Positions 17,709 to 27,967 of a stretch of DNA of 64,000 bases are shown here, one piece after another. Origin of the DNA: Candidatus Uhrbacteria bacterium GW2011_GWC2_41_11 (GTDB taxonomy: Bacteria > Patescibacteriota > Patescibacteriia > UBA9934 > GWF2-40-263); NCBI GenBank assembly GCA_000996355.1, contig LCAH01000001.1:85958-149957 (forward strand), read 5' to 3'. The translations under genes and the position numbers were made by a program. The first letter of the stretch is position 1. Every line of letters begins with the position of its first letter. Under the pieces are notes generated by a model. It made no database searches, was not told the DNA's origin, and was given only the letters and a program-made list of their open reading frames with translations.

Positions 17709-20700
17709 ATGAAAACACGTTTTTTCTTCATTTCTTGTTTCGTCATTCTTTTTTGGGGCATATCGGCTCAATGGTTTGATATTCCTCCGGCTTTGGCTCA
17801 AGCGATTCAAACAAATGAGGCATTTGGCGGAGTAGCCCCAGAGAGTTTTGCAGAAACAGCCGGATTAGCTGGAGGAGATATCACTCTTATTATTGCTCGG
17901 TTGATTCGAGTAGTTCTTGGAACGCTTGGGGTTGTAGCTGTGGCATTTGTTTTGTATGGCGGATTTTTGTGGATGACCTCGAGAGGGGAAGATCTAAAGA
18001 TAAAGAAAGCAAAGATGATCATGACAAATGCATTGATTGGTTTGATCATTGTTTTGTCATCGTTTGCTATTGCTCAATTTGTGATCAGTCGACTGTCTTC
18101 TGCAACAGGAGCAGGAACGACAACAGAAGGAACAGAAAAAACAACGTATAATGATGTGTTAGATGCGAGTGCAACTTTTGTTTTGCGTTCTGTGAATACA
18201 GAATGTGCTTCCGCGATTCGCAACCTTGAACTTCAATTTATTTTTAGTCAGAACGTTTCTGTTTCCACAGTGAATGATAGTGGAATTGTTGTTTCTCGTG
18301 CGGATGGAGATCCGGTTTCTGGTTCTTTTGAAACATCGGGAAGTCGTGTGACGTTTATTCCATCTGCAACATGCACAACTTCAGACGGAATTGAGGTTCA
18401 TTGCTTTGATGCAGAAACAGTTTATGAAGTGAATCTGAGTTCTGCTGTTTTGAAGAGTAGTTCCGGTCGTACGCTTGAATGTTCTGAAACATATCCCTGT
18501 CACCAAACATTTACGACTGGGTCTGGTTTCGATACGAAAAAACCAGATATCCAGATGACAAGTCCAGATGATGGCGGTTCAGCATATAGTGGCACAGCAG
18601 AACTTCTTCAGGCACTTACTTCTGATGATTCAGGTGTTTCTTCTCTTGAATTTTCTTTGGATGGAGATGCTGTGGATGTGGCTGGTCTCGATGAGAGTTC
18701 AGCTCTCGCCCTTGCCATGGAAAATATTTTTTATGGGGAGTGGGATACCGTTGGGTATGTCACAAATAAAATGTATCATTTTTCTGCGGAGGGATTTGAC
18801 TGCGGGGGAAATAGTGATACGTCTTCAGAAATCGATGTTGTTTTACGCGCTCCGAATTGTAACAATGATATACAGGATGCAGAAGATCCTTATTTTGAAG
18901 ACGGAGTTGACTGCGGAGGAAATCAATCAGATGAATATTATTGCGGAGCGTGTAATGGGTCCTCTTGTATAGAAAATTCTGATTGTGCTTCAGGGAGTTG
19001 TGCAGAAAACATTTGTGTCTATTCAGCTGAAATAGAAGCCATTTTTCCTGGAGACGGTGCTCCTGGAAACTTGATGACAATTTCTGGAAACGGATTTGGA
19101 AATACGCAAGGTACGATTCTTTTTCTTGGAAGTATTGATGATGATACAGATGATGTTTCTGTTGGTCCTTATACTGCTTGTGACGGAACATGGACCGATA
19201 ATCAAATTGTCATTCAACTTGATGAAAAAATGGTAAGTGGACCGGTCGAGCTCGTGACCTCGGATGGATTTCGAGATAGAACCGATGATGAAAATGGTCC
19301 ATTGATCAGCGATTTTGAAGTGAATACAACCGTACGTCCCGGGCTTTGTCGTGTGGATCCAGAGAAGGCGTCTGGAAAAGATACAGTCACGGTTCAGGGA
19401 AATAATTTTGGAGACAATCAAGGATCTTCAGTTTTGTATTTTGATACATCAACCGCTTCGAGTTATCCATCTTGGGCGTCAAATAGTTTGAAAGCGGTTG
19501 TTCCTCTTCTTGACACTGGCTCGTATGACCTCCAGTTATTTGGAGGGAATGGAGATACGCGAGAGGGTTCAAACAAGTTGATATTTAACATCAATTCAAC
19601 CTCATCAAGTTCGGAACCGCCAGTTATTAGCGATGTGGATACAGGAGTGAAGCGTTGTGAAGATGAAAAAGGTTTCATTTGTACAGATGATGCAGATTGT
19701 GTGGCTGGTATTCCTTGTGCAGAAGATAAAAATGCCGGTCCGATCAGTCAATATGTGACGATTTACGGTTCGCATTTTGGAACAACTCCTGGAACCGTAC
19801 GTTTTCGAAACCAAGATCTTGATCTTGTCGCTCTTGCAGATACAAATTTTCCAGACAGTTGTGGAGAGGATTTCTGGGACAATGACAGTATTCTTGTGAA
19901 AGTTCCGAAAATATATGATTTATCTGATGGACATGCACTGAATGTTGGTTTGCATGATCTTTGGGTTGTTCGAGGAGAAGATGGAACTGTTTCTGATCCT
20001 GTGGATTTTGAAGTGATTGAAGGAAAAGCTGGACCAAGTATTTGTGCGGTAGAACCAGACGCAGGTCCTCCAGGGACAGATGTTTCATTTTTTGGTGAAG
20101 AATTTGGGAGTGATAAAGGATCTGTTATTTTTTACGAAAATCAAAAAGTTTCTCCAGGGGCATGGTCTGATGAACAGATCTCTGGAACCATTCAAAATCC
20201 CCTTCAAGTTCCAACTCAAGCAAAAACAGGTCCAGTAAAAATTCAGGCAGATGATGGACAATATTCGAATTCTGTTTCCTTTGAAGTCGGAATGTGTGAC
20301 GTTGATTTTTCTTGTGGAAGCGGACAGGAGTGTTGTGCGGATGGAGCATGTCGAATTGAGGAAACATGTAAGGAATCTATTCCTGTTTCCCATTACGCAT
20401 ACTTTTTTTCCACAGGAGACATTCCGGAAGCTCCGGAAGTGATTATTGAATGTAGTGATACGTATATTTCTCCAACTCCATGGGAATTTTGGGAAGGAGG
20501 AACAGATGTTTGTTTGACCGCAGCCGTTGCTGCATCTTTTTCCGAACCCATGGATACAAAAACATTTACTTCTTCAACTATTTCCGTTGAAAAGTGTCTT
20601 TTAGCGAATTGTGATTCAACAACTGCTGTGGAGATGTCTCCAAAAGGAAATCCAACAAGCATGGCCGAAACATCTTTTTTCTGGGAACCAGCTCAGGATT

Positions 20701-23700
20701 TTGAGCCTGAAACACGTTATCGTATAACTGTGAAAGGTGGAGAGAATGGCGTGAAGAGTGTACAAGGAGTTGCTATGGAAAAGGATTCGCAGTGGGAATT
20801 TGTTACAGCTCCTTCTGGAAATGAATGTACGATTGGCGGAGTGTATTTGACGCCTGCAAAATTTACCGCAACAGAAAAAGAACAACGTGTTCAATATACT
20901 GTTGCGCCTATTTCAGATGAATATCAGTGTCTTCTTTTAAGTTGTACAAATCATCAATGGACATACAATAGCAGTGATCCTTCAAAGGCAGATTTTGCCG
21001 AATTTGAAAATGCTTGTTCTTTGAAAGTGGCTGTTCATAAGGAAACAAACCCTGGGGTTCCTGTGGTGATTACTTCCTGGTTGTATGATAATGGAAATTT
21101 GGGTCCAAATGATACCGCAGATTTGACAATCAATTTTACGGATCCAAAAATTATTGACTTCTGGCCTGGTTGTGATTCCGTTTGTTTAAATGCTTCTGTT
21201 TCAGCTGTCTTTAATATTGACATGAAAGATGAATTTTCTGGATTTGAAATAGGGGGAGATCACATGGTTCGTCTGTATGAATGTGAAGATCCTGGGTGTA
21301 CATCAGATGAATTAACAGAAGTCAATGATCGTTCTGTTACATATGATTTGGAAACATTCACTGTTACCATTCGTTCGAATACGGATTTGAAGACGGATAC
21401 TTCTTATCGAGTAGTTTTTTCAGGGGAATTAACATCGACCAGTGATGTTTCTCTTTCGAAATCTGCTTCTGATCTCGCCTACGGAGACGATTTTTCGTGG
21501 ATTTTTACAACAAAAGATGAAGCGTGTGCAGTCAATCGTGTGGAGGTTACTCCTGAACAAGTGACCCTTACTATTATTGGCGAACGTCAAACATTTCAAG
21601 CAACGCCGTATAGTGCTCCAGATGATTGTTCGGAAAACGGTCAGGCATTAAACGGAGATCATTATCAATGGTCTGCTTGGACCGCGGAAGATGTGGAAAA
21701 TAACGTGGAAGACGCAGATGTCGTTCAGCTCATGGTAGATGGAAAAATTCGTGTAAGCGAAACATTTCCAGCTTACTGTTCAAGTTCTTCTTGCAATACC
21801 ATTGGATCGAATACCCCGGTGGCTATTTGCGGAAATAACACGGTTCATTGTACGACCGATGCAAATTGTGTTGCGTATGGAGCAGACGCAACTTGCAATG
21901 ATTTTGGTCAATGTGTGGAACCGGGGGAAGATTGTGATGACGGAAATGTCACGGAAAATGACGGTTGTTCTTCTATTTGTCTGACAGAAGGAGTGACAGC
22001 ATGTGTATCTTTGACAGACGTTGGTTGTTGTGGGAACGGAGTGCGTGAAGGACGGGAGGAATGTGATGATAAAAACACAAAAAATGGAGACGGATGCTCA
22101 AGTGTTTGTTTAAATGAGGGAGCAAAGGCTTTGAAATATGATTGTGGAGATGGAAAAGTGGCACAAAGTGCATCAACAGGAGGAGAAGAATGTGATTGGA
22201 AAGAGGAAAATGATGTGTATGGTTGTTCTTCCAATTGTTTGAATGTTGGTTCGATTTCCAAAGAAGATCTTTATGCAATTTGTGGAAATGGGGCGCAGGA
22301 AAACGGAGAAGATTGTGATGATAAAAACACAAAAAATGGAGACGGATGTTCGTCTACTTGCCAAAATGAGGGTTCTTCGTCTTCCTATAGTTCTGTCTGC
22401 GGAAACAATAAAATAACCTGCCATAAAAATGTAGATTGTAGTTCATATGGAAGTGGAACACAGTGCAATGTATTAGGGCAATGTGTGCAAACAGGAGAGG
22501 ATTGTGATGATGGAAATATAGAGGACGGAGATGGGTGTTCTTTTAACTGTCTGTTTGAGGGTTCGAGTGTGGAATATACAAATCCGTCTATTTGCACGGA
22601 CGGAACAATTGGAACAGGTGAAGCATGTGATGCGGAAGAAGTAGGAACAGTGATTGCCGGTTTTGGAGTGGCAGAAATAACCACAGATGCTCCGGAAGAG
22701 GTTACAATAAGCGGAACAGGAACAGCATCTTCAACCGTGACAGCTACAGAAGGAACAAGTGGAGTGACTGGTTTCGCGACAGTGACACTGGAATGTTCTT
22801 GTACGTCTGATGTTTCGTGTGGGGATGCTGAGGTATATGGATGTGGAGACGCGAATTGTTGTTTTGAACGTCCGCATATTCTTCTTCCAACGACTCCAGC
22901 AAATGGAAAAACAGATGTCTGTCGCAACACAGCAGTAGCTGTTGATTTTGATCAAATCATGGATGAAACGTCTTTTAAACAGACGATTGGTGAAGGAGAA
23001 AATCAAACCGTGGAATTAAACATGTATCTAGAACTCACGGCTGTGAATGGAACAAAAATAACAGATGCAAATGCTACAACTCTTTGTCCAGCAAGTTATC
23101 ATAAGGAAGTTGCATTTGCAGATGAATTATCCAATCCACTTGTTCGAATCTGGGATTGGCTTGTTCGCGGAGTGGCAAAATTGTTCAATCATGTTTATGC
23201 AGCAGAAATATCTTGTCAGCTAGCTGTTTCATATTCCATAGAAAAAACAGATACCGGTTCCAAAGTCTATGTAAACTATGGAGAAGCTCTTCAAGCGAAC
23301 GGAACGTATCGTTTGATTGTGATGGGTGATTCGGATGATTTAGATGGAAAATCAGATGGAGTGAAAAGTACATATGGTGTTGCTCTTTTGGAAGACATAT
23401 CAACAACATTCACGGTAGGAAATGAAATTTGTGCATTGGAAGCAGTTCAAGTGACAGATGAAGGAAAAGAAATTGTGACTGAATTTGATGATGCAAGTTC
23501 CGGATTTTTTAGCGAACAAGGAGAACAACACACCCTGACAACAACCGCTTTTACTCTTCATGGTGCAAATCAGGAAGAAATTCAGGAGATTGCCGGTGTA
23601 TATGATTGGAATTGGTCTTGGGATTCGACATCTTCAGATACTGAGGCAGATAATGCTGTCTCTGTGACAAAAGCGGACACAACACAAACAACAGCTGTTG

Positions 23701-26700
23701 GCGTAGCAAATGGAAAGGAAAACGGAATAGCTATAGCAACAATTACCACAGACGTTGTGGGAAAATCTGTCGGTTCTGAGGTATCCGGCACTGTTTCTCT
23801 TACCGCATTTTTGTGTGAAAATCCTTGGCCAAATCCAGAGGAAACAATTTTTCCTTTTGCCGATACAGCAGAGGCAGGTTTTGATTTTAATTTGAGCTCT
23901 CCTTATACAAATTTTTCCTTTTCCTATTGTCGTGATATGGAAGGAAAAAATACAACACTTCCAGAGCTTCGAGTTGTTGAGACGCCTCAATCTCCTATTT
24001 CAGAAATTTATAAAGAAATTCTTTTCCTTGTTGAAGGAACGAACGATGCAGTCGGTGTTCGTGTTTTTTCCAATGAGAAGTATTTATCCCCAAATGAATG
24101 GTATAAAGATCAGGCATTTACAGGTTCACCAACATCAACACTGTTTGATGGTTATGAGGCGATTCAGGATGGAGATACCTATTATGTGGTTGCGGCGAAC
24201 CAGGATGGAGATACCATTTATCCAAATATTTATGTGATTTCGGTTAATGAAGATGCCGGAGACGAAACAAAACAGATCATGAGTCAAATTCTTAAGAACT
24301 GGTTATTCAATGCCAATAGTGATGTGGTGACCGATTTGAACGTGTGTCGTACTGGTTCAGAGTATCTTACCGATTCAGTGACGGGAGGTTTTGTTTCATG
24401 TGATTGGGATCAAGATTGTCGTCAGGTTACCTATAGTGATAGTTCCTCCGCAGTCGTTCCGGATGGATGGTGTGATGCGCAGAAAGCCAAGTTATCGAGA
24501 GATATGCGTCGTTTGACAGATATTAAAACGATAGAACAGACACTTGATTCGTATGGAGATATTCATCGGCATTGTTCAGCAACGTACAGTCAGGCATGTG
24601 GCACGGATGATGATTGTTCAGGAGATGAAATATGTCTTGCTAATGTCCCTTTAATTCAGAGCGGTTCATTTCTGCGTGCATTTACAACAAGTACCTGGCC
24701 GTCCTGGTCAGCCGTTCTTGCAAATGAACTCGGAACGTCTCTTCCGCAAGATCCAATCAATATATTTGTAAGTTGTCCGGATGGAACTCAAGAAACGTAT
24801 TGTTGGGATGGTACACAAGGAATTTTTCAGTGTCAGGAAGGGTCCCATGCATATCTCTTTCAGAGTGTTGCAGGAGAAAGTTATAATCTTTATGCTCAAC
24901 TTGAAATGGATGAAGCAGATTGGGTCTACAATATAGATGATGACGCGACAGATAATGCCAACATTTTTGTAGAGTATGCACAAAGTTCAAATCCCGATGG
25001 GTTTTATCGGGATAGTGAAATGTGTAGCGGGGTTTTGATAGGAAGTTCAGCAAGGTGTGGGGATGGAGTTTTGGCAACAACAGAAATGTGCGAAATTGGT
25101 CAATCAAAAACAAAAGAATGCGACGCAAATGGAGACGGTGATATGGATGGGACTATTTCTTTAGCATGTATCAATGATGGAGGAATATGTCGATATCAAA
25201 CATCATCTGATTCGAATCTCTCTGAATGTATTTTGTATGAATGTGGCAATGGAGTGATGGATCCGGGAGAAACGTGCGATGATGCAATTTTGAATGGGAC
25301 GTATGGTTTTTGCGATGAAAATTGTTCACTTGCAGGTGCATTTTATTGTGGGGATGGCAGTATAGCCGGAGGAGAAGAATGTGACTGTGGAAGCAATACA
25401 GACACAATGGACACCGGTTCCTGGTCATCGATTCATTGCAGTAAATCAAATGGACAATATACCACGAATCCAGATGGTGGATGTGCGTTTGACTGCACAT
25501 TTCCTGGTCCTTCATGTGGAGATGGAGAAATAAATGGCGATGAAGCGTGTGATGGGGATTATAAGTCTTGGTCTGGCAAACTCTGCGGATCCGCGGATGC
25601 GTATGTCTCTTGTGAAACGGATACTGAATGTATGGATACGGAATGCGGTGATGGTGGATCGTCGTGTCCTATGTCTTCGATTTGTGTCGGGGGAAGTAAT
25701 GCAGGTGCAGCATGTACAGATTCTTTGGATTGCAACAGTGGCGACTGTTCTGATATCACCTATCAGCTTGTTCGATATCGAAGTTGTGACGATTCCGACG
25801 CAACTCCAACGTGCACTTGGAATCAGACAACAAATCCAGGAGATTGGACGGATTGCGTAGGAGGAAATCAATATTGCGGAAATGGAGTTCAGGAAGGAAA
25901 AGAAGAATGTGATGATGGAAATACGGATAACAGTGATGCGTGTACAACTTTATGTAAAATAAATGTGTGTGGAGATGGACATTCGTATAATGGTGTTGAA
26001 ACGTGTGATGAGGGCGACCAAAATGGCGTTGTTTGTACAGCCGATTATCAAGATACTTGTGCGTACTGTACGGTCTCATGTCAATACACAGTTGTTTCAG
26101 GGGCTTATTGCGGCGATCAGGTAATTGAAGAAGAAACAGAATATTGTGATGGAACTTCTGTTTCAAAATTCTGTTTTAAACCGCATGATACTCCGGACGA
26201 ACGTGATGTGACTGGAATGTGTGAAACGGATGCAGATTGCAATGTAAACGCAGGGTATACCTGTGAAACAACAGGTGTTTGTGATGGTGGCTCTCATTTG
26301 TTTGGAAGCGGAGATACAGCGACCTATGCAGACTATAATGGTCTTCCGTGTGTAAGCGGAAGTATAGAGTTTGACGAACGTTGCGGAACAACAAATAGTG
26401 GAACAGGAACATCTGAAGGGGTGTGCGTAGCGCCTGAATGTGCCAGTTCATGTTTTTCTTCTTGTCCTTATACATACGAACAATCTTCTATCTTGATTCA
26501 GACAGAGCTTTCAAATGCAACACAACAAACATCCGCTGACCTTTATAGTTATCTCTCAGGTCAGAGTCCGGACACAGCGCTGCTTTTTTTGCCAGCATGT
26601 ACCGTTGGAACTCAGTTAATGGCTGATATTGATATGTCTGATGTCGAACCTCCGACGGTAGATATTGTATTTGTGACAGATTTGTCTGGAAGTATGACCA

Positions 26701-27965
26701 CGGTGTTGGATACAAAAACAGGAGATAACCGTATTCAAGTGACGGTTGATTCTATGACGCAGGCTATTCAGGATTTATTCGATGATTATGGAGGTAATTC
26801 AGCAAATATGCGTATCTCCACAGTGAGTTTTACTGATTATTTGTCTGATGGTGTTGATACAGATGGAGAAAACGGAATTACAGACAGTGACGGATGTATT
26901 CAAGACACAAAAGATGGTGATGCTCTTGCGTGGATTGATCATGGGCTTGGTTCATCAACGGGAGAAAATGACATGTTATACAATGCGGAAACCGGTGTGG
27001 AAACATATGTAGCACGCGCTCACGGATATACCCCTACTGCTGCCGGACTTAAATGTGCTGATAAGGTTTTACAAAATTCTGATGCTAATTATAAAGTAAT
27101 TGTTTTGTTGAGTGACGGAGAACCAACCATTAATCTTGCTGGAGTGATCAATACATCTACACCAGAATCGAATGTCCCAGAAGTTGTATCTGTGCGCGAT
27201 CAGATGATATCCAAAGGAATTCATATATTTACAGCAGCCTTAACGACAAATACAGATCTTGTCGGATACATGGCTCACTTTTCAAGTGATGTTTGCGGAA
27301 CATGTGATGCGTGTGAATCATCATGTGAAACAAGTTGTGCCTCCGAATGTTCGGGTGAAAGTGCAACAGATCAATCATGTGTTGATGACTGTGAAGCAAA
27401 TGGAGATCTGTGTCTGGAAGATTGTGCAACGGATGTAGATTGTGATGTCGATTGCGACGGTATGGTCGGATCAGCCTTGAGTGCATGTTTAGGAGCGTGT
27501 ACTTCTGCAGTTAATTGTGTAGATACGTGTGAAAAGACCATCAAGTCATGTAAGGACTTGTGTACACCGACGGATGAGGAATGTGAGGATTCTTGTGTAG
27601 ATACATGTACATCTTCATCTTGTGAAGGATCCTGTCTTTCTTACGAAGATGTTAATGATTGTAAACCAAGAGAATCAGTTGAATATGCCTATTCTGCATC
27701 TACCGCAGAAGATCTTGAAACAATGTATCAGACGATCGTGGACAGTATTCTTGGTGTGACTGTTGGATTTACAACGGATTTTGCCGGACAGACGACCTTG
27801 ACATCTGGAGTGGTTGCTGACGGAGATAATGTCATAATGCCGTTTCCAGAAGGATTTGATTGCCGCACAACTGGTGCATGGACCATTCCATTCCGAATAA
27901 GTTTTGCAGGAACAGGGGTTGTTCATATCAGTGATATTTCTTTGAATTATTGTCCGATAGATTAA
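17709..27965 (+). CDS. Giant (3418 aa) Cys-rich surface protein: pilin-like N-terminus, Big_5/Ig and IPT/TIG domains, DUF4215-like repeats, internal type IV pilin-like domain, C-terminal vWA
   Basis: Pilin hairpin IIARLIRVVLG...AKMIMTNALIGLII; IPT motifs (G..GNLMTISGNGFG, GPPGTDVSFFGEEFG); CGNG..EECDD.N..GDGCSS.C repeats; vWA MIDAS DIVFVTDLSGSM, TPTAAGL, LLSDGEP. Confidence 0.9.
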   Translation: MKTRFFFISCFVILFWGISAQWFDIPPALAQAIQTNEAFGGVAPESFAETAGLAGGDITLIIARLIRVVLGTLGVVAVAFVLYGGFLWMTSRGEDLKIKKAKMIMTNALIGLIIVLSSFAIAQFVISRLSSATGAGTTTEGTEKTTYNDVLDASATFVLRSVNTECASAIRNLELQFIFSQNVSVSTVNDSGIVVSRADGDPVSGSFETSGSRVTFIPSATCTTSDGIEVHCFDAETVYEVNLSSAVLKSSSGRTLECSETYPCHQTFTTGSGFDTKKPDIQMTSPDDGGSAYSGTAELLQALTSDDSGVSSLEFSLDGDAVDVAGLDESSALALAMENIFYGEWDTVGYVTNKMYHFSAEGFDCGGNSDTSSEIDVVLRAPNCNNDIQDAEDPYFEDGVDCGGNQSDEYYCGACNGSSCIENSDCASGSCAENICVYSAEIEAIFPGDGAPGNLMTISGNGFGNTQGTILFLGSIDDDTDDVSVGPYTACDGTWTDNQIVIQLDEKMVSGPVELVTSDGFRDRTDDENGPLISDFEVNTTVRPGLCRVDPEKASGKDTVTVQGNNFGDNQGSSVLYFDTSTASSYPSWASNSLKAVVPLLDTGSYDLQLFGGNGDTREGSNKLIFNINSTSSSSEPPVISDVDTGVKRCEDEKGFICTDDADCVAGIPCAEDKNAGPISQYVTIYGSHFGTTPGTVRFRNQDLDLVALADTNFPDSCGEDFWDNDSILVKVPKIYDLSDGHALNVGLHDLWVVRGEDGTVSDPVDFEVIEGKAGPSICAVEPDAGPPGTDVSFFGEEFGSDKGSVIFYENQKVSPGAWSDEQISGTIQNPLQVPTQAKTGPVKIQADDGQYSNSVSFEVGMCDVDFSCGSGQECCADGACRIEETCKESIPVSHYAYFFSTGDIPEAPEVIIECSDTYISPTPWEFWEGGTDVCLTAAVAASFSEPMDTKTFTSSTISVEKCLLANCDSTTAVEMSPKGNPTSMAETSFFWEPAQDFEPETRYRITVKGGENGVKSVQGVAMEKDSQWEFVTAPSGNECTIGGVYLTPAKFTATEKEQRVQYTVAPISDEYQCLLLSCTNHQWTYNSSDPSKADFAEFENACSLKVAVHKETNPGVPVVITSWLYDNGNLGPNDTADLTINFTDPKIIDFWPGCDSVCLNASVSAVFNIDMKDEFSGFEIGGDHMVRLYECEDPGCTSDELTEVNDRSVTYDLETFTVTIRSNTDLKTDTSYRVVFSGELTSTSDVSLSKSASDLAYGDDFSWIFTTKDEACAVNRVEVTPEQVTLTIIGERQTFQATPYSAPDDCSENGQALNGDHYQWSAWTAEDVENNVEDADVVQLMVDGKIRVSETFPAYCSSSSCNTIGSNTPVAICGNNTVHCTTDANCVAYGADATCNDFGQCVEPGEDCDDGNVTENDGCSSICLTEGVTACVSLTDVGCCGNGVREGREECDDKNTKNGDGCSSVCLNEGAKALKYDCGDGKVAQSASTGGEECDWKEENDVYGCSSNCLNVGSISKEDLYAICGNGAQENGEDCDDKNTKNGDGCSSTCQNEGSSSSYSSVCGNNKITCHKNVDCSSYGSGTQCNVLGQCVQTGEDCDDGNIEDGDGCSFNCLFEGSSVEYTNPSICTDGTIGTGEACDAEEVGTVIAGFGVAEITTDAPEEVTISGTGTASSTVTATEGTSGVTGFATVTLECSCTSDVSCGDAEVYGCGDANCCFERPHILLPTTPANGKTDVCRNTAVAVDFDQIMDETSFKQTIGEGENQTVELNMYLELTAVNGTKITDANATTLCPASYHKEVAFADELSNPLVRIWDWLVRGVAKLFNHVYAAEISCQLAVSYSIEKTDTGSKVYVNYGEALQANGTYRLIVMGDSDDLDGKSDGVKSTYGVALLEDISTTFTVGNEICALEAVQVTDEGKEIVTEFDDASSGFFSEQGEQHTLTTTAFTLHGANQEEIQEIAGVYDWNWSWDSTSSDTEADNAVSVTKADTTQTTAVGVANGKENGIAIATITTDVVGKSVGSEVSGTVSLTAFLCENPWPNPEETIFPFADTAEAGFDFNLSSPYTNFSFSYCRDMEGKNTTLPELRVVETPQSPISEIYKEILFLVEGTNDAVGVRVFSNEKYLSPNEWYKDQAFTGSPTSTLFDGYEAIQDGDTYYVVAANQDGDTIYPNIYVISVNEDAGDETKQIMSQILKNWLFNANSDVVTDLNVCRTGSEYLTDSVTGGFVSCDWDQDCRQVTYSDSSSAVVPDGWCDAQKAKLSRDMRRLTDIKTIEQTLDSYGDIHRHCSATYSQACGTDDDCSGDEICLANVPLIQSGSFLRAFTTSTWPSWSAVLANELGTSLPQDPINIFVSCPDGTQETYCWDGTQGIFQCQEGSHAYLFQSVAGESYNLYAQLEMDEADWVYNIDDDATDNANIFVEYAQSSNPDGFYRDSEMCSGVLIGSSARCGDGVLATTEMCEIGQSKTKECDANGDGDMDGTISLACINDGGICRYQTSSDSNLSECILYECGNGVMDPGETCDDAILNGTYGFCDENCSLAGAFYCGDGSIAGGEECDCGSNTDTMDTGSWSSIHCSKSNGQYTTNPDGGCAFDCTFPGPSCGDGEINGDEACDGDYKSWSGKLCGSADAYVSCETDTECMDTECGDGGSSCPMSSICVGGSNAGAACTDSLDCNSGDCSDITYQLVRYRSCDDSDATPTCTWNQTTNPGDWTDCVGGNQYCGNGVQEGKEECDDGNTDNSDACTTLCKINVCGDGHSYNGVETCDEGDQNGVVCTADYQDTCAYCTVSCQYTVVSGAYCGDQVIEEETEYCDGTSVSKFCFKPHDTPDERDVTGMCETDADCNVNAGYTCETTGVCDGGSHLFGSGDTATYADYNGLPCVSGSIEFDERCGTTNSGTGTSEGVCVAPECASSCFSSCPYTYEQSSILIQTELSNATQQTSADLYSYLSGQSPDTALLFLPACTVGTQLMADIDMSDVEPPTVDIVFVTDLSGSMTTVLDTKTGDNRIQVTVDSMTQAIQDLFDDYGGNSANMRISTVSFTDYLSDGVDTDGENGITDSDGCIQDTKDGDALAWIDHGLGSSTGENDMLYNAETGVETYVARAHGYTPTAAGLKCADKVLQNSDANYKVIVLLSDGEPTINLAGVINTSTPESNVPEVVSVRDQMISKGIHIFTAALTTNTDLVGYMAHFSSDVCGTCDACESSCETSCASECSGESATDQSCVDDCEANGDLCLEDCATDVDCDVDCDGMVGSALSACLGACTSAVNCVDTCEKTIKSCKDLCTPTDEECEDSCVDTCTSSSCEGSCLSYEDVNDCKPRESVEYAYSASTAEDLETMYQTIVDSILGVTVGFTTDFAGQTTLTSGVVADGDNVIMPFPEGFDCRTTGAWTIPFRISFAGTGVVHISDISLNYCPID
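22062..22348 (+). repeat. 35-bp exact direct repeat inside the giant gene (22062-22096 and 22314-22348)
   Basis: TGTGATGATAAAAACACAAAAAATGGAGACGGATG occurs twice, encoding CDDKNTKNGDGC. Confidence 0.9.
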
Positions 27966-27967
27966 AT

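Noticed and set aside
17709-27965. DGR target or CRISPR-like repeats in the giant gene
   Set aside because: The repeats are in-frame protein repeats; no adenine-specific TR/VR pair, reverse transcriptase or regularly spaced repeat-spacer array was seen
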